Virus record (IMG/VR): IMGVR_UViG_3300034069_001731
Span: 2,811-66,810 of that record
Length of the DNA: 64,000 nucleotides
Reading direction: 5' to 3' (one strand)
DNA from: a virus
Shown here: in pieces, positions 46,086 to 54,731 of the stretch
Layout of the letters: each line of letters opens with the position of its first letter
Position numbering within the stretch: position 1 is the stretch's first letter
The notes under the pieces: model-generated
Told to the model about the DNA's origin: nothing
Databases searched by the model: none
Seen by the model: only the letters and a program-made list of their open reading frames with translations
Made by a program: the position numbers and the translations under genes

Positions 46086-46134
46086 CGTTTGCTTTCGGGC
46101 AAACGGCTTGTCAGCGTTTGCTCTCCTGCAAACG
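46086..46134. promoter_or_regulatory. Twin palindromes CGTTTGC-N6-GCAAACG upstream of the capsid gene
   Basis: 46086-46105 and 46115-46134 have identical 7-bp arms and different 6-nt spacers. Confidence 0.7.
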
Positions 46135-46139
46135 ACAGG

Positions 46140-47039
46140 TCAGGCGCCGGCTTCGGCCTTGAGGCGCGCGGCACGAGTTGGGTCCGACTTCGTCATGACC
46201 ATCTGCTTGGTCATGTTCCAACCGGACTTGGAGAAGGGGTTCGAGGGGTCGTTGCCCGCGTTCTGGCGGGCGCCACCACCACCTGCATCGGTGCCGATTC
46301 CGGCCTTGGCGGCGTCGGGCTTGAACAGCACCGCTCGGGTGTTGCGAAGCTCGGCGACGAGGTCGGCGACGCTGAAGGGCACCGACGAGTAGTCGGCGCC
46401 GAGCTTGGTGCGCTCCATGCCGTTGCTGTCGACCACGACGGGTACCAGCTCGCCGTTGACTTCCTTGAGCTTCACGGCGTTGGACGCGATCAGCTCGAGG
46501 GCGTCACGAGCTTCGTCGAGCGGGTTCGCCTTGGCGAGTTCCGTCGCGATGGCGTTGGTCTTGAGGAGCTGCTGGACCTGCTGTTCCCGCTTCGAGAGGC
46601 GGGTCTTGGTGTCCGTCAGCTCGGTCGTGAGCTGGTTCTTCTCGGTGTCGAAAGCGGTCCTGAGCTGGGTCGTCGCGTTCTTGACCTTCTCGGCCGCGAG
46701 CTTGTCGGCCTCGGCGGCCGGGTCGAGGGCGGCGAGGCGCTCGTAGCCGGCGAGCTTGGTCTTGACGTCGGCGGGATCGAGGCCCTCGAACAGAGCGACG
46801 CGATCGAGCGCGGAGCGGGCCGCGGTCGGGTCGATGTTCTCGAAGGGCTTCAGCGCCGTCTTGGCGGTGTCGCGCTCCTGGCGAGCGGCGATCAGCGAGC
46901 TTTGCAGCCCGGTGATGTTCTCGAGGGCATAGCCTTCGACGGGCTCGACCTTCAGGACGAACTTGCCAGCCTTCTCCTCGTAGAGAGGGCGCAGGTTCTC
47001 ATCGACGGACGTGAGGTCCATCACAACAGCTTTCAGCAC
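46140..47039 (-). CDS. Capsid scaffolding protein
   Basis: LKAVV.DL..VDE.LRPLY, coiled coil, GIGT.GG and NPFSK.GWNMTKQ..M.K.DP..A.RLKAEA. Confidence 0.88.
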   Translation of the reverse strand: MLKAVVMDLTSVDENLRPLYEEKAGKFVLKVEPVEGYALENITGLQSSLIAARQERDTAKTALKPFENIDPTAARSALDRVALFEGLDPADVKTKLAGYERLAALDPAAEADKLAAEKVKNATTQLRTAFDTEKNQLTTELTDTKTRLSKREQQVQQLLKTNAIATELAKANPLDEARDALELIASNAVKLKEVNGELVPVVVDSNGMERTKLGADYSSVPFSVADLVAELRNTRAVLFKPDAAKAGIGTDAGGGGARQNAGNDPSNPFSKSGWNMTKQMVMTKSDPTRAARLKAEAGA

Positions 47040-47043
47040 TTGG

Positions 47044-47219
47044 AAACCATCCCGGTTTTGGATTTAGGAGCATCCCGCTCCCGCAAGGTCTCGATCCCCA
47101 TGGCATCCCGCCCGGGGTCGTTGCCGGCAGGTGCCGGCGGTCGTGGCGAGCCGCCCGGAGGCGGCGCGCAAAGGCGAAGGGATGGCGTCGCCCTCAGGCG
47201 ATCTTGGTCTATCCCAGCC
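47044..47219 (-). promoter_or_regulatory. Array of GGGAU-loop hairpins in the scaffold 5' leader
   Basis: AAACC-GGGAT-GGTTT, GGAGC-GGGAT-GCTCC, GGC-GGGAT-GCC and a weaker GGCT-GGGAT-AGACC. Confidence 0.7.
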
Positions 47220-47295
47220 GGCGTCGCGGCTTCGGGACCATTCTTCGCGCTCGAGCGGGGAGGAGGACCCGCGAGCGCATTGTGTTCTTGGATGC

Positions 47296-47331
47296 AAAAA
47301 GGCCCCGCCAGGTGGAACCTGACGAGGCCTT
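47296..47331 (-). terminator. Intrinsic terminator after portal module
   Basis: AAGGCCTCGTCAGG-TTCCA-CCTGGCGGGGCCTTTTT. Confidence 0.75.
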
Positions 47332-47372
47332 CGATGCCCCTGTGAAGGGCCTATGCTGCCGGATGTGACGTG

Positions 47373-47696
47373 TCAGTGTACGGTGTAGTGCTCGTCGAAC
47401 GTCCGTTCCGGGCAGAATTTGATGATGCCTTCGACCGAGTCGAAGAGCATGTAGTCCCCAGGGAGGCTGCTTTCTGCAGAGTCGGGCGTCAGCGCCAGGA
47501 GACCGCCGAGGCGGTCGATCTGGATGGCACCCTCCATCATACGGCTCAGCATCCAATGCGGGACGTCTTCGTCGGCAACCGTCCCGATTGCCGGCACGCG
47601 CCACGCGTGGAATTCCTTACCGTCGGTGTTCTTGCAGATCAAGGCCGCCTCTCCGTTTGCACTTGAACCTCTACAGGATAGACTGTAAAAAGTCAA
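47373..47696 (-). CDS. Hypothetical protein between portal and scaffold genes
   Basis: ORF with lower GC3; ends GDYMLF...CPERTFDEHY. Confidence 0.6.
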   Translation of the reverse strand: MTFYSLSCRGSSANGEAALICKNTDGKEFHAWRVPAIGTVADEDVPHWMLSRMMEGAIQIDRLGGLLALTPDSAESSLPGDYMLFDSVEGIIKFCPERTFDEHYTVH

Positions 47697-47702
47697 TACC
47701 CC

Positions 47703-49391
47703 CTAGTTCTGTGCCTTGGGTCGGGTCTGGCCATTCGGGAAATCCCGATCTTCCTTGGAGCGCGGCTTTGCATCGGGCGTCCCGCCCGCATCAGAACCGC
47801 TTCCATCATCGACCACGGAGATCGTCTTCGTCTGCGCCAGTTCGGCAGCAGCGGCCGGCAGCTTCACCTCGGCTTCGACATCGAAGTCGTCGTCGAGCAT
47901 GTTGAGCCGCACCAGCTCCTTCAGCGCCGATTTGCGCGACAGCAGCCCCTTCGACACCGCGTCGAGGACGGCGGTGATCTTGGACGCCAGCTCGTCGGTG
48001 CCGGAGAAGTTGAAGTTCATCTCCACGCTGACGCGTCTGAAGTCCTCGCCTTTCCAGCGACCGACGTGCTGGATCGCCTTCTCGAGCGAGTCCTTGCACA
48101 CGATCGCGAGGTCGTGGACCACCGAGTTCACCCGGGTCTCAGCCAGGGAGCGCTCGTTCTGCGGCACGTATTGCCGGTTGGTCGCCTGGACCGGGTTCAG
48201 GGCCATCATGTCCATCTGGTACTCGATGGCCGCGATGTCCTTCATGCCGGCGTCGATGGCGTTGCCCTTGGGTTCGACGAAGTACCAGCGCCCCTGCGCG
48301 TCCGGCGAGGTCAGCACCACCCAGGGGCCGATCTCGAAGCCCTTGCCCTCGGGGCCGTCCTCGTCGACGGTGACGCCGGAGGACGCCAGCATGGGGAAGC
48401 GGGCGGAGGACAGGATGTTGCGCTGCTCGCTCGTCGAGCACCAGTGCTCGATCTGCTTGTAGGCGAGGTCCTGGAAGACCGGGCGGACCTGAAAGAGGGC
48501 TTCCTCTTCACCGGCCACCATGGTTTCCAGAGGGACGCGGTCCATGTCGTGGCGCGTTTCCTTGACGAGCTTCCATTCCCCGCCGGCGCCGCCGCTCTGC
48601 GTGATCGGCAGGTAGCGCAGCGGAAGCGGCTGAGTGGTGTAGACGCTGCCACCCTCCCCCAGCATCTGCAGCTGGGTCACCGGGGTGGAGCGTTCCCGCT
48701 CCCAGACCTGGGCGATGAAGGGTTCGACGACATAGATCTGGTCGATGATGACTTCCGAGAAGGTCGTCCGGTTGAAGCCGGTGCGGGTCGTCGAGAACCG
48801 GGCATGGACACAGGCCCGCTCGCCACCCACGGTGTCGAAGTAGGCGGCGAGGAGATCCTCGGCCCGGATGCGACGGAAGAACGGCTGCGGGTTCGCGGCG
48901 CGCTGGGCCGCCAGGTTCGGCAGGTTCGTCGTGGTCGGGTGGTCGACGAGGATGTGGTGGAGGCCGACGTTGACGGCCTCGTTGAAGTGGGTGTGACCGA
49001 CGAGGTGGATGTGGTGACCGGCGCCGTCCGCGTTCCAGGACCAATCCTGGAGATCTTCGGGGGCGTCCTTGAGGTAGACGAGGTTGCGGAACGGCTTCGC
49101 CGATGCGGCATCGACGGCTTCCCGGACCTTGTTGACGCAGGTGGTCTGGTTCAGCCGGTCCTGGTAGCGCGAGTCCGACTCCCGCCGGAACTGCGGCAGG
49201 AACAGCTTGCCCATCTGGCGCATGGTCTCGGTGCCGCCGTAGGTGGCGCGCATCAGCTCGATGCGGGGCATCATGGCGATCGAGGCCGCGGAGCGGGTAC
49301 CCGGGTTCGGCAGCTCGGCGACGGCGTCGGTCGCGCTCCCCATGAGAGGCGCCGGCCCCGCCGTGTTGGTGAAGACGGCGGTGCCGGTCAT
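47703..49391 (-). CDS. Portal protein (DUF4055-type)
   Basis: GGTETMRQMG..FLPQ..RE....YQ.RL; DLAYKQIEHW..TSEQ.NIL; follows TerL. Confidence 0.88.
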   Translation of the reverse strand: MTGTAVFTNTAGPAPLMGSATDAVAELPNPGTRSAASIAMMPRIELMRATYGGTETMRQMGKLFLPQFRRESDSRYQDRLNQTTCVNKVREAVDAASAKPFRNLVYLKDAPEDLQDWSWNADGAGHHIHLVGHTHFNEAVNVGLHHILVDHPTTTNLPNLAAQRAANPQPFFRRIRAEDLLAAYFDTVGGERACVHARFSTTRTGFNRTTFSEVIIDQIYVVEPFIAQVWERERSTPVTQLQMLGEGGSVYTTQPLPLRYLPITQSGGAGGEWKLVKETRHDMDRVPLETMVAGEEEALFQVRPVFQDLAYKQIEHWCSTSEQRNILSSARFPMLASSGVTVDEDGPEGKGFEIGPWVVLTSPDAQGRWYFVEPKGNAIDAGMKDIAAIEYQMDMMALNPVQATNRQYVPQNERSLAETRVNSVVHDLAIVCKDSLEKAIQHVGRWKGEDFRRVSVEMNFNFSGTDELASKITAVLDAVSKGLLSRKSALKELVRLNMLDDDFDVEAEVKLPAAAAELAQTKTISVVDDGSGSDAGGTPDAKPRSKEDRDFPNGQTRPKAQN

Positions 49392-49422
49392 CGGGGGTCC
49401 TTGGTGGTCTCGGCCCCAGGGC

Positions 49423-50880
49423 TCACCAATCCGTGATGGTGGCCTTGCGGGGTCCGATGAGGTTGTTGAAGGCGTCCGAGGTCGCGTCGACCTGGTCGTC
49501 GTGGCTTCCGAGAGGGAAGGTCTCGATCTCCTGGATGAAGGCGTCCTTGAACATCGCGCCGGGCCGCATCAGCACGTTGCCGTTCTCGACCTGGGCGGCG
49601 AAGGCGGAGGCCCGGGTCTCTTTCGAGCCCGACGGCCGCTTCACGGTGACGTTGTATCCGGCGAGCTTGCGGACGAAGTTCTGGCTCTGGTACTTGCCGG
49701 CCTGACCGGGATCTTCGGGCAGCACGATCTTGACCGACTTGCCGTCGTCGGCCGCGGTCTTGAGGATCCTGTCCTCGACCTGGGCGGCGGAGCCGCGGAA
49801 GCGGATGATGTCCTCGATGTAGAAGCGGCCATCGGTGCCGCGGCTCATCAGGGTGCCAACCGTGTAGTCGCCCTTCGACGAGGCGGCGAGATCCCAGGCG
49901 CGGACGCGGGTGCGGCGCGAGGGGATATCGGTCCATTCCTTGAACCAGGCGCCGCGGAACATGCCGCCTTCGAGCGCGATCGGGCGCTGCTGGTACATGG
50001 CGGACCAGGAGCGCTCGCCCATGACGTCCTGCTTCTCCAGCAGGGTGCCGAGCGAGAAGCGGTTCGGCGCCAGGGGTTCGTCGGGGAAGCGACCCAGGGG
50101 ATCACCAGGCACCCTGCCCTCGGAGTCGAGGATGTAGGCGCCGTCTTCGCCCTTGAGCGGCTCCGGCAGCGCCGGCAGGCGCAACACCTTCCAGGGGCGC
50201 CCCTTCCCCTCGGCCTGCAGCTTCAGAAGCCGGCCGGCGAGGTCGTCGTGGTGCCACCGGGTCAGGGTGAGAATGATGGCCGACTTCTCCTGAAGTCGGG
50301 TGAACACGACGTCCGTGTACCAGTCCCAGTGCTTCTGGCGGATGGTCGGCGAGTCGGCTTCGGAGCGATCCTTGATGGGATCGTCGATGAGGAAGACGTT
50401 GGCGCCGCGGCCCGTGGTGGCCGAACCGACGCCGACGGCGAAGTAGGTGCCGCCGCCATCGATGGCCCACTCGTCGTTGGAGCGGTTGTCGGAGCGGATC
50501 TTCACATGCGGGAAGAGCCGACCGAACTCCTTGCCCTCGATGATGTCGCGGACGTTGCGGCCGAAGCCGGCGGCGAAGTCGGCGTTGTAGGAGGCCGAGA
50601 TGATCTTGCGGTTCGGGTTCCGCGCCATGGCGTAGGCGGGAAAGCGTCGCGTCGACAGCTCCGACTTCCCGTGCTGGGGAGGCGCGAAGATCATGAGGCG
50701 ATCGTTCTCGCCCCGCTCCACCTCCTCCAGGGCGTCGGCCACCATGCGGTGGAAGCGGTCGGCGGTGTAGCCTGGCATGGTGTATTCGGAGAAGGGGATC
50801 AGCCCTTCACGGGAGCGCTTGCGGGCAAGCAGCTCCGCGGTGGCGTCCGCGAGGGACACCGGAAGGTATTCAGCCGACAT
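49423..50880 (-). CDS. terL: Terminase large subunit
   Basis: Walker A APPQHGKS, Walker B FLIDDP, TRWHHDDL, AWDLA and HDDQVDA. Confidence 0.96.
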   Translation of the reverse strand: MSAEYLPVSLADATAELLARKRSREGLIPFSEYTMPGYTADRFHRMVADALEEVERGENDRLMIFAPPQHGKSELSTRRFPAYAMARNPNRKIISASYNADFAAGFGRNVRDIIEGKEFGRLFPHVKIRSDNRSNDEWAIDGGGTYFAVGVGSATTGRGANVFLIDDPIKDRSEADSPTIRQKHWDWYTDVVFTRLQEKSAIILTLTRWHHDDLAGRLLKLQAEGKGRPWKVLRLPALPEPLKGEDGAYILDSEGRVPGDPLGRFPDEPLAPNRFSLGTLLEKQDVMGERSWSAMYQQRPIALEGGMFRGAWFKEWTDIPSRRTRVRAWDLAASSKGDYTVGTLMSRGTDGRFYIEDIIRFRGSAAQVEDRILKTAADDGKSVKIVLPEDPGQAGKYQSQNFVRKLAGYNVTVKRPSGSKETRASAFAAQVENGNVLMRPGAMFKDAFIQEIETFPLGSHDDQVDATSDAFNNLIGPRKATITDW

Positions 50881-50913
50881 CGGGGGCTCCGTGAGCCCCC
50901 GTGGTCAGGTCGG

Positions 50914-51462
50914 CTACTTGGTGGTGGGGTTGGACGGCGTGGTGACACCGGCGGAGGCCAGGATCGCGAGCAGCTGCTCTTCGCTCATCTCGTTGGCGGG
51001 CTTCGACACCGTGGCGTCGATGTTCTGGACGTCCTTCTGACCCAGCATGTTCTTGCCGAGGAAGATCGCCATGATCTGGTTCTTTTCCGCGAGCTTGAAC
51101 TGCATCGAGCGCAGCTTCACCTTCGCGACGCTCATGCCGTCGTCCCAGGCTTCCCGGGCTTCGGGGTGGCTGTGGAACAGGTGCGACAGCGCCGCGACGG
51201 TGACGCCGAGCACGGCGGCGCATTCGACCTGCGAGCAGGCCAGCCGGGCGCATTCGCCGATGACCTGCAAGGTGTCAGCGTCGGGCGTCAGGGCGGCGCG
51301 GCGCTTCTTGTGCAGGTGGATGTCGTCGATGATGCTTTCGGGCTCCTGACGCTCCTCCGGCTTCGGCTTCGGCGGCCGGCCGCGGGGGCGCTTCGGTTCA
51401 TCCGACTTCGGCTTCGGTGGGCGGCCTCGCCTGCGGGGCTCACCCGCATGGTGCGAGGTCAT
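50914..51462 (-). CDS. terS: Terminase small subunit (putative), two N-terminal AT-hooks
   Basis: Directly upstream of TerL; RRGRPPKPK and PRGRPPKPK; AIFLGKNMLGQKD. Confidence 0.75.
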   Translation of the reverse strand: MTSHHAGEPRRRGRPPKPKSDEPKRPRGRPPKPKPEERQEPESIIDDIHLHKKRRAALTPDADTLQVIGECARLACSQVECAAVLGVTVAALSHLFHSHPEAREAWDDGMSVAKVKLRSMQFKLAEKNQIMAIFLGKNMLGQKDVQNIDATVSKPANEMSEEQLLAILASAGVTTPSNPTTK

Positions 51463-51465
51463 GGT

Positions 51466-51618
51466 TCAGGTCCCTCTGGCGCGCAGGCCGTTGCGGCGGG
51501 CGCGGTTGTTGCGCTGCAGGATGCGGAAGGCCTGGTCGGCCGGCGTCTCACCGGGGCCCTTCTGGGCGCTTCCGATGTCGACCGGGATCTGGGGCAGCGG
51601 CTTGTCGGTGGTCTTCAA
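51466..51618 (-). CDS. Small basic hypothetical protein (50 aa), not in the ORF track
   Basis: TTG start overlaps the upstream TGA; high GC3; ends 4 nt before terS. Confidence 0.5.
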   Translation of the reverse strand: MKTTDKPLPQIPVDIGSAQKGPGETPADQAFRILQRNNRARRNGLRARGT

Positions 51619-51869
51619 TGGATGGTCGGTCCCTCGTAGTCGATCTGAACCGACAGATACCGGCGGTCCAGGGTGTCGGCGTGGACCTTGCAGACCGCGT
51701 ATTCGGCGTCCTCGATGTCGTCGACCGGATAGCCGTCCTCATCGATGAACTCGGTGATGGGCGACTCGAACAGCGACGGCAGGACCCGGCGGCCGGCCTC
51801 GTACATGGGCATCACCACGAGGTTGCGATGCAGATCGACCTGGTGCGTCAGGGTGTCATCGTCGCCCAT
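51615..51869 (-). CDS. Hypothetical protein
   Basis: GGAG RBS; acidic 84 aa. Confidence 0.65.
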   Translation of the reverse strand: MGDDDTLTHQVDLHRNLVVMPMYEAGRRVLPSLFESPITEFIDEDGYPVDDIEDAEYAVCKVHADTLDRRYLSVQIDYEGPTIH

Positions 51870-51889
51870 CGCGCTCCCTCGTGGTTTTG

Positions 51890-53185
51890 TCAGCTCCGGC
51901 CGATGCCGGAATAGGTGAACCCCGCCGCGCGTGCGGCCTCGGGGCTGATGATGTTGCGGAGGTCGACGAGGACCTCACCGCCGCCCATGGCGGCGCGCAG
52001 GGTCTTGAGATCGAGCGCCGCGAACTCGGGCCACTCCGTCGCGATGACGACGGCATCGGCGAAGGCCGCGGCGCCGATCGCGCTGTCGCAGAACACGACG
52101 CCGTCGAGGCACCGCGCGGCATTGCGCATGCCCTTGGGGTCGTAGACGTCGATGTCGGCGCCGGCTTCCTGGAGAACGTCGATGATGTCGATGGCGGGGC
52201 TGGCCCGCATGTCGTCGGTGCCGGCCTTGAAGGTCAGCCCGAGGATCGCGATGCGTTTCCCGACGACGTCGCCGCCGCAGGCCTCAATCACCTTGTAGCC
52301 CATGGCGCGCTTGCGGGCATCGTTGACGGCGATCGTGGTGTCGATGAGGGCGACGGGCGTTTCGACGTCCTGGGCCATCCTGACGAGCGCCAGGGTGTCC
52401 TTGGGGAAGCAGGAACCGCCGAACCCGGGCCCTGGGGACAGGAACAGGTCGCCGATGCGCGGATCGCGGCCGATGCCGTCGACCACCCCCTCGATCGAGG
52501 CCCCGAAGGCCTCGCAGAGGTCTGAAATCTCGTTCACGAAGGCCAGCTTCATCGCCAGAAAGGCGTTGGCGGCGTATTTGGTCAGCTCCGAGGTGCGACG
52601 ATCGACCTCGACGAGCAGCGGGAGCTGCTTTGCGTAGACCTCGCGCATCACTGCGAAGGCGAGGGGCGACTCGGCGCCGATCACGACGCGATCGGGGGTC
52701 CAGAAGTCGGTGATCGCCGAGCCTTCCCGGAGGAATTCGGGGTTCGAGACCACATCGACGGTCCCGTTCGGGGCGATGTCGAGCATGGCGGCGAGGACGC
52801 GGTCGCCGGTGCCGACCGGAACGGTCGATTTCACGACGACGACGCGGTGGTCGGCCGGAACGGCGGCGATCTGGCGGGCGACGGACATCACGGCGCTGAG
52901 ATCGGCGCGACCATCATGTCCCTCGGGCGTCCCGACGGCGATGAAGGTGACCTGGGAGGCTGCGACGGCCATGGCGAGGTCGGACGTGAAGGAGAGGCGG
53001 CCTGCGGCGACGTTTTGCGCCACCAGCTCGGCGAGTCCGGGCTCGTAAATCGGCATCCGGCCGGCCTTGAGGTCGGCGATGCGGGCGTTGTAGCTGTCGA
53101 CGGCGATCACGGTGTGGCCGGCCTCGGCGAGGCAGGCGCCAGACACCAGACCGACGTAGCCGGCGCCGATCATGGCGATCCGCAT
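51890..53185 (-). CDS. ugd: UDP-glucose 6-dehydrogenase
   Basis: GAGYVG, IAVGTP, KSTVPVGT, NPEFLREG, KYAANAFLA, GFGGSCFPKD and FKAGTDDMR. Confidence 0.96.
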   Translation of the reverse strand: MRIAMIGAGYVGLVSGACLAEAGHTVIAVDSYNARIADLKAGRMPIYEPGLAELVAQNVAAGRLSFTSDLAMAVAASQVTFIAVGTPEGHDGRADLSAVMSVARQIAAVPADHRVVVVKSTVPVGTGDRVLAAMLDIAPNGTVDVVSNPEFLREGSAITDFWTPDRVVIGAESPLAFAVMREVYAKQLPLLVEVDRRTSELTKYAANAFLAMKLAFVNEISDLCEAFGASIEGVVDGIGRDPRIGDLFLSPGPGFGGSCFPKDTLALVRMAQDVETPVALIDTTIAVNDARKRAMGYKVIEACGGDVVGKRIAILGLTFKAGTDDMRASPAIDIIDVLQEAGADIDVYDPKGMRNAARCLDGVVFCDSAIGAAAFADAVVIATEWPEFAALDLKTLRAAMGGGEVLVDLRNIISPEAARAAGFTYSGIGRS

Positions 53186-53202
53186 TGGGGGTTCTCCGAC
53201 CC

Positions 53203-53544
53203 TCAGAGGGCCCATTCGATGATGAATTCGGCCATGACGCGGATCTCGTTCAGCGTCATCGCGTCGGGATCCGCGACCGCCCGTTCGGCGATGGCGTAGA
53301 TCTCGTCGCGACTCAGAGCGAAGAGCGAAAGCGGCGCTCCCTGGGGACGCTCCGCAGGGCCAGTGAAGACGGGAGGGGCGGTCACGAGGTGTTCCGCCGG
53401 CGCGCCGACGCGCTTCATCGCGGCGACGAGGTTGGTGCGGACACCGTCTCCGAGAGCATCGATCTCGCGCAGCGAGACCCGGTTGAGAACGAGGTAGGCG
53501 ATCTCGTCGAAGACGTTCTGTTCCGCCTCGGTGAGGTGGTTCAT
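53203..53544 (-). CDS. Hypothetical protein
   Basis: Coupled ORF, helical. Confidence 0.6.
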   Translation of the reverse strand: MNHLTEAEQNVFDEIAYLVLNRVSLREIDALGDGVRTNLVAAMKRVGAPAEHLVTAPPVFTGPAERPQGAPLSLFALSRDEIYAIAERAVADPDAMTLNEIRVMAEFIIEWAL

Positions 53545-53687
53545 AGCCAGGATCCGATGGCGACGCCCATACGCTCCACGAGGAGGACGTATCCGGCGAG
53601 GAAGAGGCCGATCACCGTGATGGCGACGACCATGAGAAGGGCATCGAGGGCGGCGGCAGCGGCCCGCCGCGCGATGGCGGCGATCAC
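53541..53687 (-). CDS. Small membrane peptide (48 aa)
   Basis: GTG/TGA overlaps on both sides; hydrophobic LLMVVAITVIGLFLAGYVLLV. Confidence 0.45.
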   Translation of the reverse strand: MIAAIARRAAAAALDALLMVVAITVIGLFLAGYVLLVERMGVAIGSWL

Positions 53688-53791
53688 GGCCAGACCTCGA
53701 ACTCGAGCAGCGCCTTGCGGCGGCGCGGGGCCGGTCGCGGCGCCGGCGTCATGAAGAGCCAGGCCGCGATCGCGATGCAGAACCGGGTCAC
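53684..53791 (-). CDS. Small peptide (35 aa)
   Basis: GTG start overlaps the glycosyltransferase TGA. Confidence 0.35.
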   Translation of the reverse strand: MTRFCIAIAAWLFMTPAPRPAPRRRKALLEFEVWP

Positions 53792-54708
53792 AGGACGGTG
53801 GCGTCCTCGTTGCGGTCTGCGAAGTAGGCCATCATGTCCCGCTTCAGCGCCGGCTTGTTGCCGGTCAGCTCGTAGAGCCCCGCGGTGTTGACCTTGAGGT
53901 CGGTGGCGGGATCGAAGGCATGCTTCACCAGGATGTCCCAGCGGGACACGTAGGCGCGATCCTTCTTGGCTCCGTGGAACTTGTGGCTGATCGTGCCACC
54001 GATGTAGCCGAGGCCGCCCGCGATGTGCTGCTCGGCGCGGCGCATCCAGTTCATGATCGGGGCCTTGTAGCCTTCCGAGATCTTGCCGGGCACCGACAGG
54101 TGGGCCTTGCCGACGAGGGCGAGGGCCATATGGTGGTCGGCGGCGCCGAGGGCCGCGGTGTCGAGCAGACCACCGACGCCTTCGAGGGCCTGTCGGGTGG
54201 CGGCCCAGGCGTAGCCGGGGTGCGCGAAGGTGTATCCCTTGCCCATCTTGTCGATGGTGTCGGGCGCCTTGATCCACTGCCGCCCGAACGAGTGGTGGAG
54301 ATCGATGTGCTCGCCCTTGGGGCCGAGATCGTAGCAGTGCTCCCAGGGCTGGACGAAGCCGTAGTGCTGGAGCGCGTAGACCGTCTCCTCGGCCCAGTCC
54401 GGGTTCATGAACTCGATGTCGCCGTCGATCCAGGCGACATACTTCCAGTCCCGCGGCAGCCGCGAGATGGCGATGTTGATGAGCCGCTCCTTGTTCCAGA
54501 CCGGGGTCTGGCCGTAGACGCCGATGTGGTCGACGCCCTCGATGTCGTCGAGGGCGAACGGGATGTCCCCGAACGCCGACTCGATGATGTGGAGCCTGAC
54601 GCCCGACTCCAGCATGTGCTGGGCGAAGCGCCGCATGTTGATGCCGTGGCTCTTGAAGCGACGGATGTTGAAGGAAGGCGTGATGACGTGCAGTAGGTCG
54701 GATCGCAT
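53788..54708 (-). CDS. GT-A fold glycosyltransferase-like protein
   Basis: WNKERLINIA, YVAWIDGDIEF (DxD), HPGYAWA, GAADHHMA and HKFHG. Confidence 0.7.
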   Translation of the reverse strand: MRSDLLHVITPSFNIRRFKSHGINMRRFAQHMLESGVRLHIIESAFGDIPFALDDIEGVDHIGVYGQTPVWNKERLINIAISRLPRDWKYVAWIDGDIEFMNPDWAEETVYALQHYGFVQPWEHCYDLGPKGEHIDLHHSFGRQWIKAPDTIDKMGKGYTFAHPGYAWAATRQALEGVGGLLDTAALGAADHHMALALVGKAHLSVPGKISEGYKAPIMNWMRRAEQHIAGGLGYIGGTISHKFHGAKKDRAYVSRWDILVKHAFDPATDLKVNTAGLYELTGNKPALKRDMMAYFADRNEDATVL

Positions 54709-54731
54709 CTCAGCCTCCTCGCTGTTTTGCG

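Noticed and set aside
47373-47702. Head morphogenesis (SPP1 gp7/Mu F) gene expected after the portal
   Set aside because: The only ORF there is 107 aa with no such motifs; absence alone is weak evidence
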